Shown piece after piece: positions 36,930-49,329 of a stretch of DNA of 64,000 nt. The number at the start of each line of letters is the position of its first letter. The stretch's first letter is position 1. The notes beneath the pieces were generated by a model. It saw only the letters and a program-made list of their open reading frames with translations, did not search any database and was not told the origin of the DNA. The position numbers were made by a program, and so were the translations under genes. Source of the DNA: Pristiophorus japonicus (taxonomy: Eukaryota); assembly GCF_044704955.1 (NCBI RefSeq), contig NC_092003.1:7006001-7070000 (forward strand), written 5' to 3'.

Positions 36930-38175
36930 CGTAGAATCGTAGAAATTTACAGCACGGAAGGAGGCCATCTCGGCCCATCGTGTCCCCGCCGGCCACATGC
37001 GTCAGCCTCTTTGCAAAAGGAGTGGAGCAAGTTGCATTGATATAAAAATGTGAAGTGATACATTTTGGCAGAAAGAATGAGGAGATACGATATAAATTAA
37101 CGGGTACAATTCTAAAGCAGGTGCACAAACAAGAGAGGCCTGGGGGTATATGTGTACACATCGTTGAAGGTGACAGGACAGGTTGAGGAAGTGGTTTTAG
37201 CAAAAAAAAAGCATATGGGATCCTGGACTAAATAAATAGTACAAAAGCAAGGAAGTTGTGATGAATCTTTATAACACAACTGGAGTATTGTGTCCAATTC
37301 TGGGCACCGCACTTTAGGATATACTTGCTTTGGAGGCAGTTCAGAGAAGGTTCACTCGGTTGATTCCGGGGATGAGGGGGTTGACTTCTGAGGGAAGGTT
37401 GAGCAGGTTGGGCCTCTACTCATTGGAATTCAGAAGAAACATAGAAAATAGGTGCAGGAGTAGGCCATTCGGCCCTTCGAGCCTGCACCACCATTCAATA
37501 TGATCATGGCTGATCATGCAACTTCAGTACCCCATTCCCGCTTTCTCTCCATACCCCTTGATTCCTTTAGCCGTAAGGGCCACATCTAACTCCCTTTTGA
37601 ATATATCTAACGAACTGGCCTCAACAACCTTCTGTGGTAGAGAATTCCACAGGTTCACAATTCTCTGAGTGAAGAATGAGAGGTGATCTTATTGAAGCGT
37701 ATAAGATTATGAGGGGGCTCGACAAGATGGATGCAGAGAGGATGTTTCCACTGATGGGGGAGACTAGAACTAGAGGGCATGATCTTCGAATAAGGGGCTG
37801 CCCATTTAAAACTGAGATGAGAAGAAATTTCTTCTCTCAGAGAGTTGTAGATCTGTGGAATTCGCTGCCTCAGAGAGCTGTGGAAGCCGGGACATTGAAT
37901 AAATTTAAGACCGAAATAGACAGTTCCTCTCCGACCCATCCAGGCGATCGACACTAGTCCAGGAGATCACCCTGGCCGTATTCGATTCCCGGCAGTGCTT
38001 TACTATCGTATCTGCGCCGTCCAACAAAAGGTCATCCAGTCTAATCCCAATTACCGGCTCTAGGTCCGTAACCCTGCACTTCAGGTGCCCATCCAAGCAC
38101 CTTTTAAATGTGGCGAGGGTTTCTGCATCTCTTGTAGAGAGCTGGCACAGGCTCTGAGCCGAATGGCCTCCTACT
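36930..38175. mobile_element. Cluster of nested CR1 fragments
   Basis: + CR1 (37025-37922) interrupted by a - CR1 tail (~37437-37675, flanked by AGAA); further short 3' UTR pieces on either side. Confidence 0.7.
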
Positions 38176-38199
38176 GTGCTCGAGCCATTCTATGGTCCT

Positions 38200-38627
38200 A
38201 TACCGTGGGCCGCCCCGACCTGTGTGAGGACACCACCGCAGGTCGGGGCTATCAATAGAGCTGGAGCGCTGGGCCCTGGAACATCATGGTGGAGGTACGG
38301 GGCCCAGAAGAGGCCAGGGGCCCAGGGGCAGCACGGGCCCAGCCCCACACTGTGTGCGATACGTGCGCGCACTGGGTCCGTGCAGCAGAGCTGGTCTCCG
38401 GTCGTCCTGGTTAACCCTTGCCCCTGGACCAAGACCTCGCTCTGTCAAGCCCCGTGTGGTGGCTGGTGTGCAACGGTCACCCCACGTTAAAAAAATCCAC
38501 CCACAGGCACCTTCCACCCTTCAGGATGTAGTTCGGGATCCGGAATATTAGCTCCTTCATTGAAACATCAGTGAACTCTCGTGGAAGCAAGTCATCCTCG
38601 ATCGAGGGCCGGCCTAAGATGATGATG
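38200..38627 (+). mobile_element. RTE-related non-autonomous element
   Basis: Same family as 2085-2540. Confidence 0.6.
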
Positions 38628-38909
38628 GTTCGATACCGCCTTTAAAGTAGTAAAACGTCCCATGGTGCATCACAGCAGCATAATCGGGCAAGACTTGACA
38701 GCGAACCAAAGAAGGAGATATTAGGACAAGTGACTCAAAGTCGAGTGTGGTATGTTTTAAGCAGCATCTTAAATGAGGAATGAGATGATTAGGGCATGAA
38801 TTCCAGAGCTTGAAACTTAGATGGCAGAAGGCACGGCCACCAATGGTGGAGCGAGGGAATGCAGGATGCACAAGAGGCCAGAGTTGGAGGAACGCAGAGA
38901 TCCAGTAAA

Positions 38910-39393
38910 GAAAGAAAAATTTGCATTTATATAGCGCCTTTCACGATCACCAGACGTCTCAAAGCGCTTTACAGCCAATTAAGTACTTTTGGAGTGTGGT
39001 CACTGCTGTAATGTGGGAAACACCAATTTGCGCACAGCAAGCTCCCACACACAGCACTGTGATAATGACCCGGATCATCTGTTTTTTTGTTACATTGATT
39101 GAGGGATAAATATTGGTCCCAGGACACCGGGGAGAACTCCCCCTGCTCTTCTTCGAAATAGTGGCCGTGGGATCTTTTACGTTCACCTGAGAGGGCAGAC
39201 GGGACCTCGGTTTAACGTCTCATTTGAAAGACAGCCCATCCGACAGTGCGGCGCTCCCTCAGTACTGCCCCTCTGACAGTGCGGCGTTCCCTCAGTACTA
39301 CCTCTCCGACAGTGCCCTGCTCCCTCAGTACTGCCCCTCCGACAGTGCAGCGCTCCCTCAGTACTGCCCCTCCGACAGTGCGGCACTCCCTCA
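38910..39393 (-). mobile_element. Deu-domain SINE with ~5 x 33-bp repeat, inserted in an L2 3' fragment
   Basis: Reverse-complement tail, core and array; - strand L2 tail sequence on both sides (~38635-38900, 39394-39480). Confidence 0.75.
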
Positions 39394-39586
39394 GGGGTGG
39401 AGGAGGTTACAGAGATGGGAAGGAACGAGGCTACAGATGGACTTGAGCAAGAGGATGCAAATTTTAGGATTGCAGTTTTGGGGGTGGGGGGTAGCGGAGG
39501 GTGCAGTTCATACATTAATTCCCAACAGCAGCAAGGAAGGAAAGGGCTTTTTTTTTAAACACCTGAAAGCTAATGCTCACAAAAAA

Positions 39587-41064
39587 CTACTGAGGGAGCG
39601 CCGCACTGTCGGAGGGGCGGTACTGAGGGAGTGCCGCACTGTCGGAGGGGCAGTACTGAGGGAGTGCCGCACTGTCGGAGGGGCAGTACTGAGGGAGTGC
39701 CGCACTGTCGGAGGGGCAGTACTGAGGGAGCGCCGCACTGTCGGAGGGGCGGTACTGAGGGAGTGCCGCACTGTCGGAGGGGCAGTACTGAGGGAGCACC
39801 GCACTGTCAGAGGGGCGGTACTGAGGGAGCGCCGCACTGTCGGAGGGGCAGTACTGAGGGAGCGCCGCACTGTCGGAGGGGCGGTACTGAGGGAGTGCCG
39901 CACTGTCGGAGGGGCAGTACTGAGGGAGCGGCGCACTGTCGGAGGGTCAGTACTGAGGGAGCGCCGCACTGTCGGAGGGGCAGTACTGAGGGAGCGCCGC
40001 ACTGTCGGAGGGACAGTACTGAGGGAGCGCCGCACTGTCGGAGGGGCGGTGCTGAGGGAGTGCCGCACTGTCGGAGGGGCGGTGCTGAGGGAGTGCCGCA
40101 CTGTCGGAGGGGCAGTACTGAGGGAGCACCGCACTGTCGGAGGGGCGGTACTGAGGGAGCGCCGCACTGTCGGAGGGGCAGTACTGAGGGAGCGCCGCAC
40201 TGTCGGAGGGACAGTACTGAGGGAGCGCCGCACTGTCGGAGGGGCGGTGCTGAGGGAGTGCCGCACTGTCGGAGGGGCGGTGCTGAGGGAGTGCCGCACT
40301 GTCGGAGGGGCAGTACTGAGGGAGCACCGCACTGTCGGAGGGGCGGTACTAAGGGAGCGCCGCACTGTCGGAGGGACGGTACTGAGGGAGTGCCGCACTG
40401 TCGGAGGGATGTACTGAGGGAGCGCCGCACTGTCGGAGGGGCAGTACTGAGGGAGCACCGCACTGTCGGAGGGGCGGTACTGAGGGAGCGCCGCACTGTC
40501 GGAGGGACAGTACTGAGGGAGCACCGCACTGTCGGAGGGGCAGTACTGAGGGAGCGCCGCACTGTCAGAGGGACAGTACTGAGGGAGCGCCGCACTGTCG
40601 GAGGGGCGGTGCTGAGGGAGTGCCGCACTGTCGGAGGGGCGGTGCTGAGGGAGTGCCGCACTGTCGGAGGGGCAGTACTGAGGGAGCACCGCACTGTCGG
40701 AGGGGCGGTACTGAGGGAGCGCCGCACTGTCGGAGGGACGGTACTGAGGGAGTGCCGCACTGTCGGAGGGATGTACTGAGGGAGCGCCGCACTGTCGGAG
40801 GGGCAGTACTGAGGGAGCGCCGCACTGTCGGAGGGGCGGTGCTGAGGGAGTGCTGCACTGTCGGAGGGGCAGTACTGAGGGAGCACCGCACTGTCGGAGG
40901 GGCAGTACTGAGGGAGCGCCGCACTGTCGGAGGGGCGGTACTGAGGGAGCACCGCACTGTCGGAGGGGCAATACTGAGGGAGCGCCGCACTGTCGGAGGG
41001 GCGGTACTGAGGGAGCACCGTACTGTCAGAGGGGCGGTACTGAGGGAGCGCCGCATTGTCGGAG
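39587..41064 (+). repeat. SINE-derived 33-bp minisatellite (~45 units)
   Basis: Tandem GAGGGAGYGCCGCACTGTCGGAGGGGCRGTACT. Confidence 0.95.
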
Positions 41065-41189
41065 GTGCCGTCTCCCAGGTGACACATTAATCTGAGGTCC
41101 TCTCGGATGGATGTAAAAAGATCCCTTGGCCACTATTGGAAGAAGACCAGAGAGAGGTGTGCTGGGCCAATATTTATCCCTCCACCAAG

Positions 41190-41392
41190 TGTCGTGTGTG
41201 TACATGCTGTTTGTAGCCACCAGATGGCGTCATTGTTGGAGGCCACTGAACAGCACGCACGTGCTGCTGCTCTGGTATAAAAGGCCAGCGATTTGGTGAG
41301 TCAGGCACTTTGGGTCGTAATAAAGCAGAGCCAAGGGTGTACCTTGTTCAGTTAAACAGCACTCAGTTTGAACCTTTATTGCGTACATAACA
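41190..41392 (+). mobile_element. Solo LTR with CTCF-like motif, inserted in a Deu SINE (further copies start at 43642, 45230, 47158)
   Basis: TGTCGTG...CATAACA ends; imperfect TSD CCAAG/CCAAC; TATAAAA and AATAAA; CCACCAGATGGCGTC at 41217. Confidence 0.7.
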
Positions 41393-41840
41393 CCAACATC
41401 GCTAAAACAGATGATGCATTCTCATTATCACAGGGCTGTTTGTGGGAGCTTGCTGTGCGCAAATTGGCCGCCGCCTTTCCTACATTACAACAGCGACGAC
41501 ACTTAAGTACTTGATCACTTTGGGACACCATGAAACGGGCTAATTAAAGCAAAACCTTTTACATTAAAAAAAATCTCAATTGTACCTTATATATAAACTA
41601 ACATTGAATGCCGACCGTACAAATATAAAATGACACTTCAACAGTTTATGCTGTTGTGTTTCAGTAGTAATATATATATATATATATATATGCACCCGGG
41701 GGTGAAATAAATTGCTTGGCAGTGGGTGGGGATAATGTCGCTTTAAAAATGGTCTTCAATTAAAGGCAAACTGAGAGACAAGAGCTGGAAGGGTTTCGGT
41801 TCCGGGTTAGCTGGGGGAAAGTTCAATTCGCTGATTAAAC

Positions 41841-41879
41841 ATGGCAGCTACAAGGAGCCCAGATAGCAGCAGCAGTAAG
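41841..41879 (+). CDS. CCS: Putative CCS coding exon 1, copy 1 (MAATRSPDSSSSK)
   Basis: AAACATGG Kozak context; 39 nt, phase 0; donor AAG|GTATGG; in frame with exon 2; same coding length as I recall for mammalian CCS exon 1. Confidence 0.55.
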
Positions 41880-44288
41880 GTATGGGCTATCCTCGGGCAC
41901 GATAAAGTGCTTATCTGTATCCCTTGCTGCATAGTTTACAATGCATGTGCTTTTGCAAACAGGAAAGTACAATTAAAAGCACATTCCGTGTTTGATCGAG
42001 TCTAGAATTGAATTGCTTGCTCTTTGTCACTTTCTGTTTCTGCTGTGCCTCTGTTTTCAACACAATCGGCCTCTTGTCTCTCGAGTTCCTTTTTGTTTTC
42101 ATTACCGTGGTTTTAGCAAGGTAGAAAAACAATTTCAAGCCCCATATCTGCCACCGGGGCAGCCGGTTGTTACTCAGTCGTTGGGCTTTTCTGTGAAATT
42201 CTGGGGCTTTCGAATGTTTTCTGTGGAATTGTGACGAGTCATGGTTTGCACAAGGTGGCCCAGCTGATACGGATACAGCCAGCTCGTGTTAACAGACTTG
42301 AGCGCGATAATCCAGGCCGACACGTCCCACTGCAGTGCTGAGGGAGCGCCACACTGTCGGAGGGGCAGTACTGAGGGAGGGCCACACTGTCAGAAGGGCG
42401 GTACTGAGGGAGTGCCGCACTGTCGGAGGGGCAGTACTGAGGGAGTGCCGCACTGTCGGAGGGGCAGTACTGAGGGAGGGCCACACTGTCGGAGGGGCGG
42501 TACTGAGGGAGCGCCGCACTGTCGGAGGGGCAGTACTGAGGGAGTGCCGCACTGTCGGAGGGGCAGTACTGAGGGAGTGCCGCACTGTCGGAGGGGCGGT
42601 ACTGAGGGAGCACCGCACTGTCGGAGGGGCGGTACTGCGGGAGCGCCGCACTGTCGGAGGGGCGGTACTGAGGGAGCGCCGCACTGTCGGAGGTGCGGTA
42701 CTGAGGGAGCGCCGCACTGTCGGAGGGGCGGTACTGAGGGAGCGCCGCACTGTCGGAGGGGCAGTACTGAGGGAGCGCCGCACTGTCGGAGGGACAGTAC
42801 TGAGGGAGTGCCGCACTGTCGGAGGGGCAGTACTGAGGGAGCGGCGCACTGTCGGAGGGACAGTACTGAGGGAGCACCGCACTGTCGGAGGGGCAGTACT
42901 GAGGGAGCGCCGCACTGTCGGAGGGGCGGTACTGAGGGAGCGCCGCACTGTCGGAGGGACAGTACTGAGGGAGCACCGCACTGTCGGAGGGGCAGTACTG
43001 AGGGAGCGCCGCACTGTCAGAGGGACAGTACTGAGGGAGCGCCGCACTGTCGGAGGGGCGGTGCTGAGGGAGTGCCGCACTGTCGGAGGGGCGGTGCTGA
43101 GGGAGTGCCGCACTGTCGGAGGGGCAGTACTGAGGGAGCACCGCACTGTCGGAGGGGCGGTACTGAGGGAGCGCCGCACTGTCGGAGGGACGGTACTGAG
43201 GGAGTGCCGCACTGTCGGAGGGATGTACTGAGGGAGCGCCGCACTGTCGGAGGGGCGGTACTGAGGGAGCGCCGCACTGTCGGAGGGGCGGTGCTGAGGG
43301 AGTGCTGCACTGTCGGAGGGGCAGTACTGAGGGAGCACCGCACTGTCGGAGGGGCAGTACTGAGGGAGCGCCGCACTGTCGGAGGGGCGGTACTGAGGGA
43401 GCACCGCACTGTCGGAGGGGCAATACTGAGGGAGCGCCGCACTGTCGGAGGGGCGGTACTGAGGGAGCACCGTACTGTCAGAGGGGCGGTACTGAGGGAG
43501 CGCCGCATTGTCGGAGGTGCCGTCTCCCAGGTGACACATTAATCTGAGGTCCTCTCGGATGGATGTAAAAAGATCCCTTGGCCACTATTGGAAGAAGACC
43601 AGAGAGAGGTGTGCTGGGCCAATATTTATCCCTCCACCAAGTGTCGTGTGTGTACATGCTGTTTGTAGCCACCAGATGGCGTCATTGTTGGAGGCCACTG
43701 AACAGCACGCACGTGCTGCTGCTCTGGTATAAAAGGCCAGCGATTTGGTGAGTCAGGCACTTTGGGTCGTAATAAAGCAGAGCCAAGGGTGTACCTTGTT
43801 CAGTTAAACAGCACTCAGTTTGAACCTTTATTGCGTACATAACACCAACATCGCTAAAACAGATGATGCATTCTCATTATCACAGGGCTGTTTGTGGGAG
43901 CTTGCTGTGCGCAAATTGGCCGCCGCCTTTCCTACATTACAACAGCGACGACACTTAAGTACTTGATCACTTTGGGACACCATGAAACGGGCTAATTAAA
44001 GCAAAACCTTTTACATTAAAAAAAATTTCAATTGTACCTTATATATAAACTAACATTGAATGCCGACCGTACAAATATAAAATGACACTTCAACATTTTA
44101 TACTGTTGTGTTTCAGTAGTAATATATATATATATATATGCACCCGGGGGAGAAATAAATTGCTTGGCAGTGGGTGGGGATAATGTCGCTTTAAAAATGG
44201 TCTTCAATTAAAGGCAAACTGAGAGACAAGAGCTGGAAGGGTTTCGGTTCCGGGTTAGCTGGGGGAAAGTTCAATTCGCTGATTAAAC

Positions 44289-44327
44289 ATGGCAGCTACA
44301 AGGAGCCCAGATAGCAGCAGCAGTAAG
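44289..44327 (+). CDS. CCS: Putative CCS coding exon 1, copy 2
   Basis: Identical 39 nt and donor. Confidence 0.55.
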
Positions 44328-45882
44328 GTATGGGCTATCCTCGGGCACGATAAAGTGCTTATCTGTATCCCTTGCTGCATAGTTTACAATGCATGTGCTT
44401 TTGCAAACAGGAAAGTACAATTAAAAGCACATTCCGTGTTTGATCGAGTCTAGAATTGAATTGCTTGCTCTTTGTCACTTTCTGCTTCTGCTGTGCCTCT
44501 GTTTTCAACACAATCGGCCTCTTGTCTCTCGAGTTCCTTTTTGCTTTCATTACCGTGGTTTTAGCAAGGTAGATAAACAATTTCAAGCCCCATATCTGCC
44601 ACCGGGGCAGCCGGTTGTTACTCAGTCGTTGGGCTTTTCTGTGAAATTCTGGGGCTTTCGAATGTTTTCTGTGGAATTGTGACGAGTCATGGTTTGCACA
44701 AGGTGGCCCAGCTGATACGGATACAGCCAGCTCGTGTTAACAGACTTGAGCGCGATAATCCAGGCCGACACGCCCCACTGCAGTGCTGAGGGAGCGCCAC
44801 ACTGTCGGAGGGGCAGTACTGAGGGAGCGCCGCACTGTCGGAGGGATGTACTGAGGGAGGGCCACACTGTCGGAGGGGCGGTACTGCGGGAGCGCCGTAC
44901 TGTCGGAGGGATGTACTGAGGGAGCGCCGCACTGTCGGAGGGGCGGTACTGAGGGAGTGCCGCACTGTCGGAGGGATGTACTGAGGGAGCGCCGCACTGT
45001 CGGAGGGGCAGTACTGAGGGAGCGCCGCACTGTCGGAGGGGCGGTACTGAGGGAGCGCCGCACTGTCGGAGGGACGGTACTGAGGGAGTGCCGCACTGTT
45101 GGAGGTGCCGTCTACCAGGTGACACGTTAATCTGAGGCCCTCTCGGATGGATGTAAAACGATCCCTTGGCCACTATTGGAAGAAGACCAGAGAGAGGTGT
45201 GCTGGGCCAATATTTATCCCTCCACCAAGTGTCGTGTGTGTACATGCTGTTTGTAGCCACCAGATGGCGTCATTGTTGGAGGCCACTGAACAGCACGCAC
45301 ATGCTGCTGCTCTGGTATAAAAGGCCAGCGATTTGGTGAGTCAGGCACTTTGGGTCGTAATAAAGCAGAGCCAAGGGTGTACCTTGTTCAGTTATACAGC
45401 ACTCAGTTTGAACCTTTATTGCGTACATAACACCAACATCGCTAAAACAGATGATGCATTCTCATTATCACAGGGCTGTTTGTGGGAGCTTGCTGTGCGC
45501 AAATTGGCCGCCGCCTTTCCTACATTACAACAGCGACGACACTTAAGTACTTGATCACTTTGGGACACCATGAAACGGGGTAATTAAAGCAAAACCTTTT
45601 ACATTAAAAAAAATCTCAATTGTACCTTATATATAAACTAACATTGAATGCCGACCGTACAAATATAAAATGACACTTCAACATTTTATACTGTTGTGTT
45701 TCAGTAGTAATATATATATATATATATATATATGCACCCGGGGGAGAAATAAATTGCTTGGCAGTGGGTGGGGATAATGTCGCTTTAAAAATGGTCTTCA
45801 ATTAAAGGCAAACTGAGAGACAAGAGCTGGAAGGGTTTCGGTTCCGGGTTAGCTGGGGGAAAGTTCAATTCGCTGATTAAAC

Positions 45883-45921
45883 ATGGCAGCTACAAGGAGC
45901 CCAGATAGCAGCAGCAGTAAG
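45883..45921 (+). CDS. CCS: Putative CCS coding exon 1, copy 3
   Basis: Identical 39 nt and donor. Confidence 0.55.
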
Positions 45922-47806
45922 GTATGGGCTATCCTCGGGCACGATAAAGTGCTTATCTGTATCCCTTGCTGCATAGTTTACAATGCATGTGCTTTTGCAA
46001 ACAGGAAAGTACAATTAAAAGCACATTCCGTGTTTGATCGAGTCTAGAATTGAATTGCTTGCTCTTTGTCACTTTCTGCTTCTGCTGTGCCTCTGTTTTC
46101 AACACAATCGGCCTCTTGTCTCTCGAGTTCCTTTTTGCTTTCATTACCGTGGTTTTAGCAAGGTAGAAAAACAATTTCAAGCCCCATATCTGCCACCGGG
46201 GCAGCCGGTTGTTACTCAGTCGTTGGGCTTTTCTGTGAAATTCTGGGGCTTTCGAATGTTTTCTGTGGAATTGTGACGAGTCATGGTTTGCACAAGGTGG
46301 CCCAGCTGATACGGATACAGCCAGCTCGTGTTAACAGACTTGAGCGCGATAATCCAGGCCGACACGCCCCACTGCAGTGCTGAGGGAGCGCCGCACTGTC
46401 GGAGGGGCAGTACTGAGGGAGCGCCACACTGTCGGAGGGATGTACTGAGGGAGCGCCGCACTGTCGGAGGGGCAGTACTGAGGGAGCGCCGCACTGTCGG
46501 AGGGGCAGTACTGAGGGAGGGCCACACTGTCGGAGGGACGGTACTGCGGGAGAGCCGTACTGTCGGAGGGATGTACTGAGGGAGCGCCGCACTGTCGGAG
46601 GGGCAGTACTGAGGGAGGGCCACACTGTCGGAGGGGCGGTACTGCGGGAGCGCCGCACTGTCGGAGGGGCAGTACTGAGGGAGGGCCACACTGTCGGAGG
46701 GGCGGTACTGCGGGAGAGCCGTACTGTCGGAGGGATGTACTGAGGGAGCGCCGCACTGTCGGAGGGACGGTACTGAGGGAGTGCCGCACTGTCGGAGGGA
46801 TGTACTGAGGGAGCGCCGCACTGTCGGAGGGGCAGTACTGAGGGAGCGCCGCACTGTCGGAGGGGCGGTGCTGAGGGAGTGCCGCACTGTCGGAGGGGCG
46901 GTGCTGAGGGAGTGCTGCACTGTCGGAGGGGCAGTACTGAGGGAGCACCGCACTGTCGGAGGGGCAGTACTGAGGGAGCACCGCACTGTCGGAGGGGCGG
47001 TACTGAGGGAGCGCCGCACTGTCGGAGGGACGGTGCCGTCTACCAGGTGACACGTTAATCTGAGGCCCTCTCGGATGGATGTAAAAAGATCCCTTGGCCA
47101 CTATTGGAAGAAGACCAGAGAGAGGTGTGCTGGACCAATATTTATCCCTCCACCAAGTGTCGTGTGTGTACATGCTGTTTGTAGCCACCAGATGGCGTCA
47201 TTGTTGGAGGCCACTGAACAGCACGCACGTGCTGCTGCTCTGGTATAAAACGCCAGCGATTTGGTGAGTCAGGCACTTTGGGTCGTAATAAAGCAGAGCC
47301 AAGGGTGTACCTTGTTCAGTTATACAGCACTCAGTTTGAACCTTTATTGCGTACATAACACCAACATCGCTAAAACAGATGATGCATTCTCATTATCACA
47401 GGGCTGTTTGTGGGAGCTTGCTGTGCGCAAATTGGCCGCCGCCTTTCCTACATTACAACAGCGACGACACTTAAGTACTTGATCACTTTGGGACACCATG
47501 AAACGGGGTAATTAAAGCAAAACCTTTTACATAAAAAAAAATCTCAATTGTACCTTATATATAAACTAACACTGAATGCCGACCGTACAAATATAAAATG
47601 ACACTTCAACATTTTATACTGTTGTGTTTCAGTAGTAATATATATATATATATATATGCACCCGGGGGAGAAATAAATTGCTTGGCAGTGGGTGGGGATA
47701 ATGTCGCTTTAAAAATGGTCTTCAATTAAAGGCAAACTGAGAGACAAGAGCTGGAAGGGTTTCGGTTCCGGGTTAGCTGGGGGAAAGTTCAATTCGCTGA
47801 TTAAAC

Positions 47807-47845
47807 ATGGCAGCTACAAGGAGCCCAGATAGCAGCAGCAGTAAG
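47807..47845 (+). CDS. CCS: Putative CCS coding exon 1, copy 4 (closest to exon 2)
   Basis: Identical 39 nt and donor; 1265-nt intron to exon 2. Confidence 0.65.
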
Positions 47846-48254
47846 GTATGGGCTATCCTCGGGCACGATAAAGTGCTTATCTGTATCCCTTGCTGCATAG
47901 TTTACAATGCATGTGCTTTTGCAAACAGGAAAGTACAATTAAAAGCACATTCCGTGTTTGATCGAGTCTAGAATTGAATTGCTTGCTCTTTGTCACTTTC
48001 TGTTTCTGCTGTGCCTCTGTTTTCAACACAATCGGCCTCTTGTCTCTCGAGTTCCTTTTTGTTTTCATTACCGTGGTTTTAGCAAGGTAGAAAAACAATT
48101 TCAAGCCCCATATCTGCCACCGGGGCAGCCGGTTGTTACTCAGTCGTTGGGCTTTTCTGTGAAATTCTGGGGCTTTCGAATGTTTTCTGTGGAATTGTGA
48201 CGAGTCATGGTTTGCACAAGGTGGACCAGCTGATACGGATACAGCCAGCTCGTG

Positions 48255-49000
48255 TAAACAGACTTGAGCGCGATAATCCAGGCCGACACGCCCCACTGCA
48301 GTGCTGAGGGAGCGCCGCACTGTCGGAGGGGCGGTACTGCGGGAGCACCGTACTGTCGGAGGGATGTACTGAGGGAGCGCCGCACTGTCGGAGGGACGGT
48401 ACTGAGGGAGCGCCGCACTGTCGGAGGGGCAGTACTGAGGGAGCGCCGCACTGTCGGAGGGGCAGTACTGAGGGAGCGCCGCACTGTCGGAGGGGCAGTA
48501 CTGAGGGAGCGCCGCACTGTCGGAGGGGCAGTACTGAGGGAGCGCCGCACTGTCGGAGGGGCAGTACTGAGGGAGCGCCGCACTGTCGGAGGGGCAGTAC
48601 TGAGGGAGCGCCGCACTGTCGGAGGGGCAGTACTGAGGGAGCGCCGCACTGTCGGAGGTGCCGTCTTTCAGATGAGACATTAAACCGAGGCCCCGTCTGC
48701 CCTCATAAAAAATCCCACGGCACTATTTGAAGAAGAGCCGGGGGAGTTCTCCCCGGTGTATTGGGGGCAATATTTATTCCTCAGTCAATATAACCTTAAA
48801 AAAACAGATGATCCGGGTCATTATCACATTGCTGTTTGTGGGAGCTTGCTGTGCGCAAATTGGCTGCCGGGTTTCTCACCAGATGGGTTTTCACAACAAT
48901 TGGGTAGTTTCATAGTCACCATTACCCTCCAAAAGTACCTCATTGGCTGTAAAGCCCTTTGGGAGGTCGTGAAAGGTGCTTTATAAATGGAAGTCTTTGT
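48255..49000 (+). mobile_element. Deu-domain SINE with ~11 x 33-bp repeat (CCS intron 1)
   Basis: Head remnant, array at 48301-48660, and its own Deu core/tail, distinct from the one in the duplicated blocks. Confidence 0.8.
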
Positions 49001-49110
49001 GTGGTTCGGTGTCAAATTCTTTTTGTCTGATAATCGCTCCTGTGAAACGCCTTTGGACGTTTCACGAGATTAAAGGGGCCACCTAAATGCAAGTTCTTGT
49101 TTGGTTTCAG

Positions 49111-49183
49111 TTGGAGTTTGCGGTGCAGATGACCTGTGAGAGCTGTGCCAATGCTGTCCGAAACGCCCTGACTGGAGTTGATG
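49111..49183 (+). CDS. CCS: Copper chaperone for superoxide dismutase, exon 2 (HMA/Atx1-like domain, MXCXXC)
   Basis: TTGGTTTCAG|LEFAVQMTCESCANAVRNALTGVD G|GTAGGT; 73 nt. Confidence 0.92.
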
Positions 49184-49329
49184 GTAGGTCCCGACCTGAG
49201 ATTGTTCACCCTCTCTCTCTGTGAGCCGATTTAAAAAAAGCTCGCTTCATCTCCCCTGCACTGAGCCCTTACTGGGAGTCAGGTCACGGTGGCACCCACT
49301 GCCCTTGGTCCCCTCACAAGAGCACAAAA

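Larger units (their letters stand above)
41065..48300 (+). repeat. Four-copy tandem segmental duplication (~1.27-kb constant block + variable 33-bp array) containing the putative CCS promoter and exon 1
   Basis: Near-identical blocks at ~41065-42335, 43517-44783, 45105-46377 and 47032-48300, separated by arrays of ~1180, ~320 and ~655 bp. Confidence 0.95.

Noticed and set aside
39587-48660. CRISPR-like appearance of 33-bp repeats, and of the repeat/block alternation
   Set aside because: Units are directly adjacent with no unique spacers, the intervening blocks are near-identical 1.27-kb duplicates, there are no cas genes, and the context is eukaryotic.
39224-48683. Long ORFs (up to 464 aa) such as RERRTVGGAVL, PSDSAALPQY and STAPPTVRRSL repeats, here and at 1-627, 10942-11846, 18392-19142 and 61304-61902
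   Set aside because: Translations of the stop-poor 33-bp SINE minisatellite, open in several frames on both strands; not genes.
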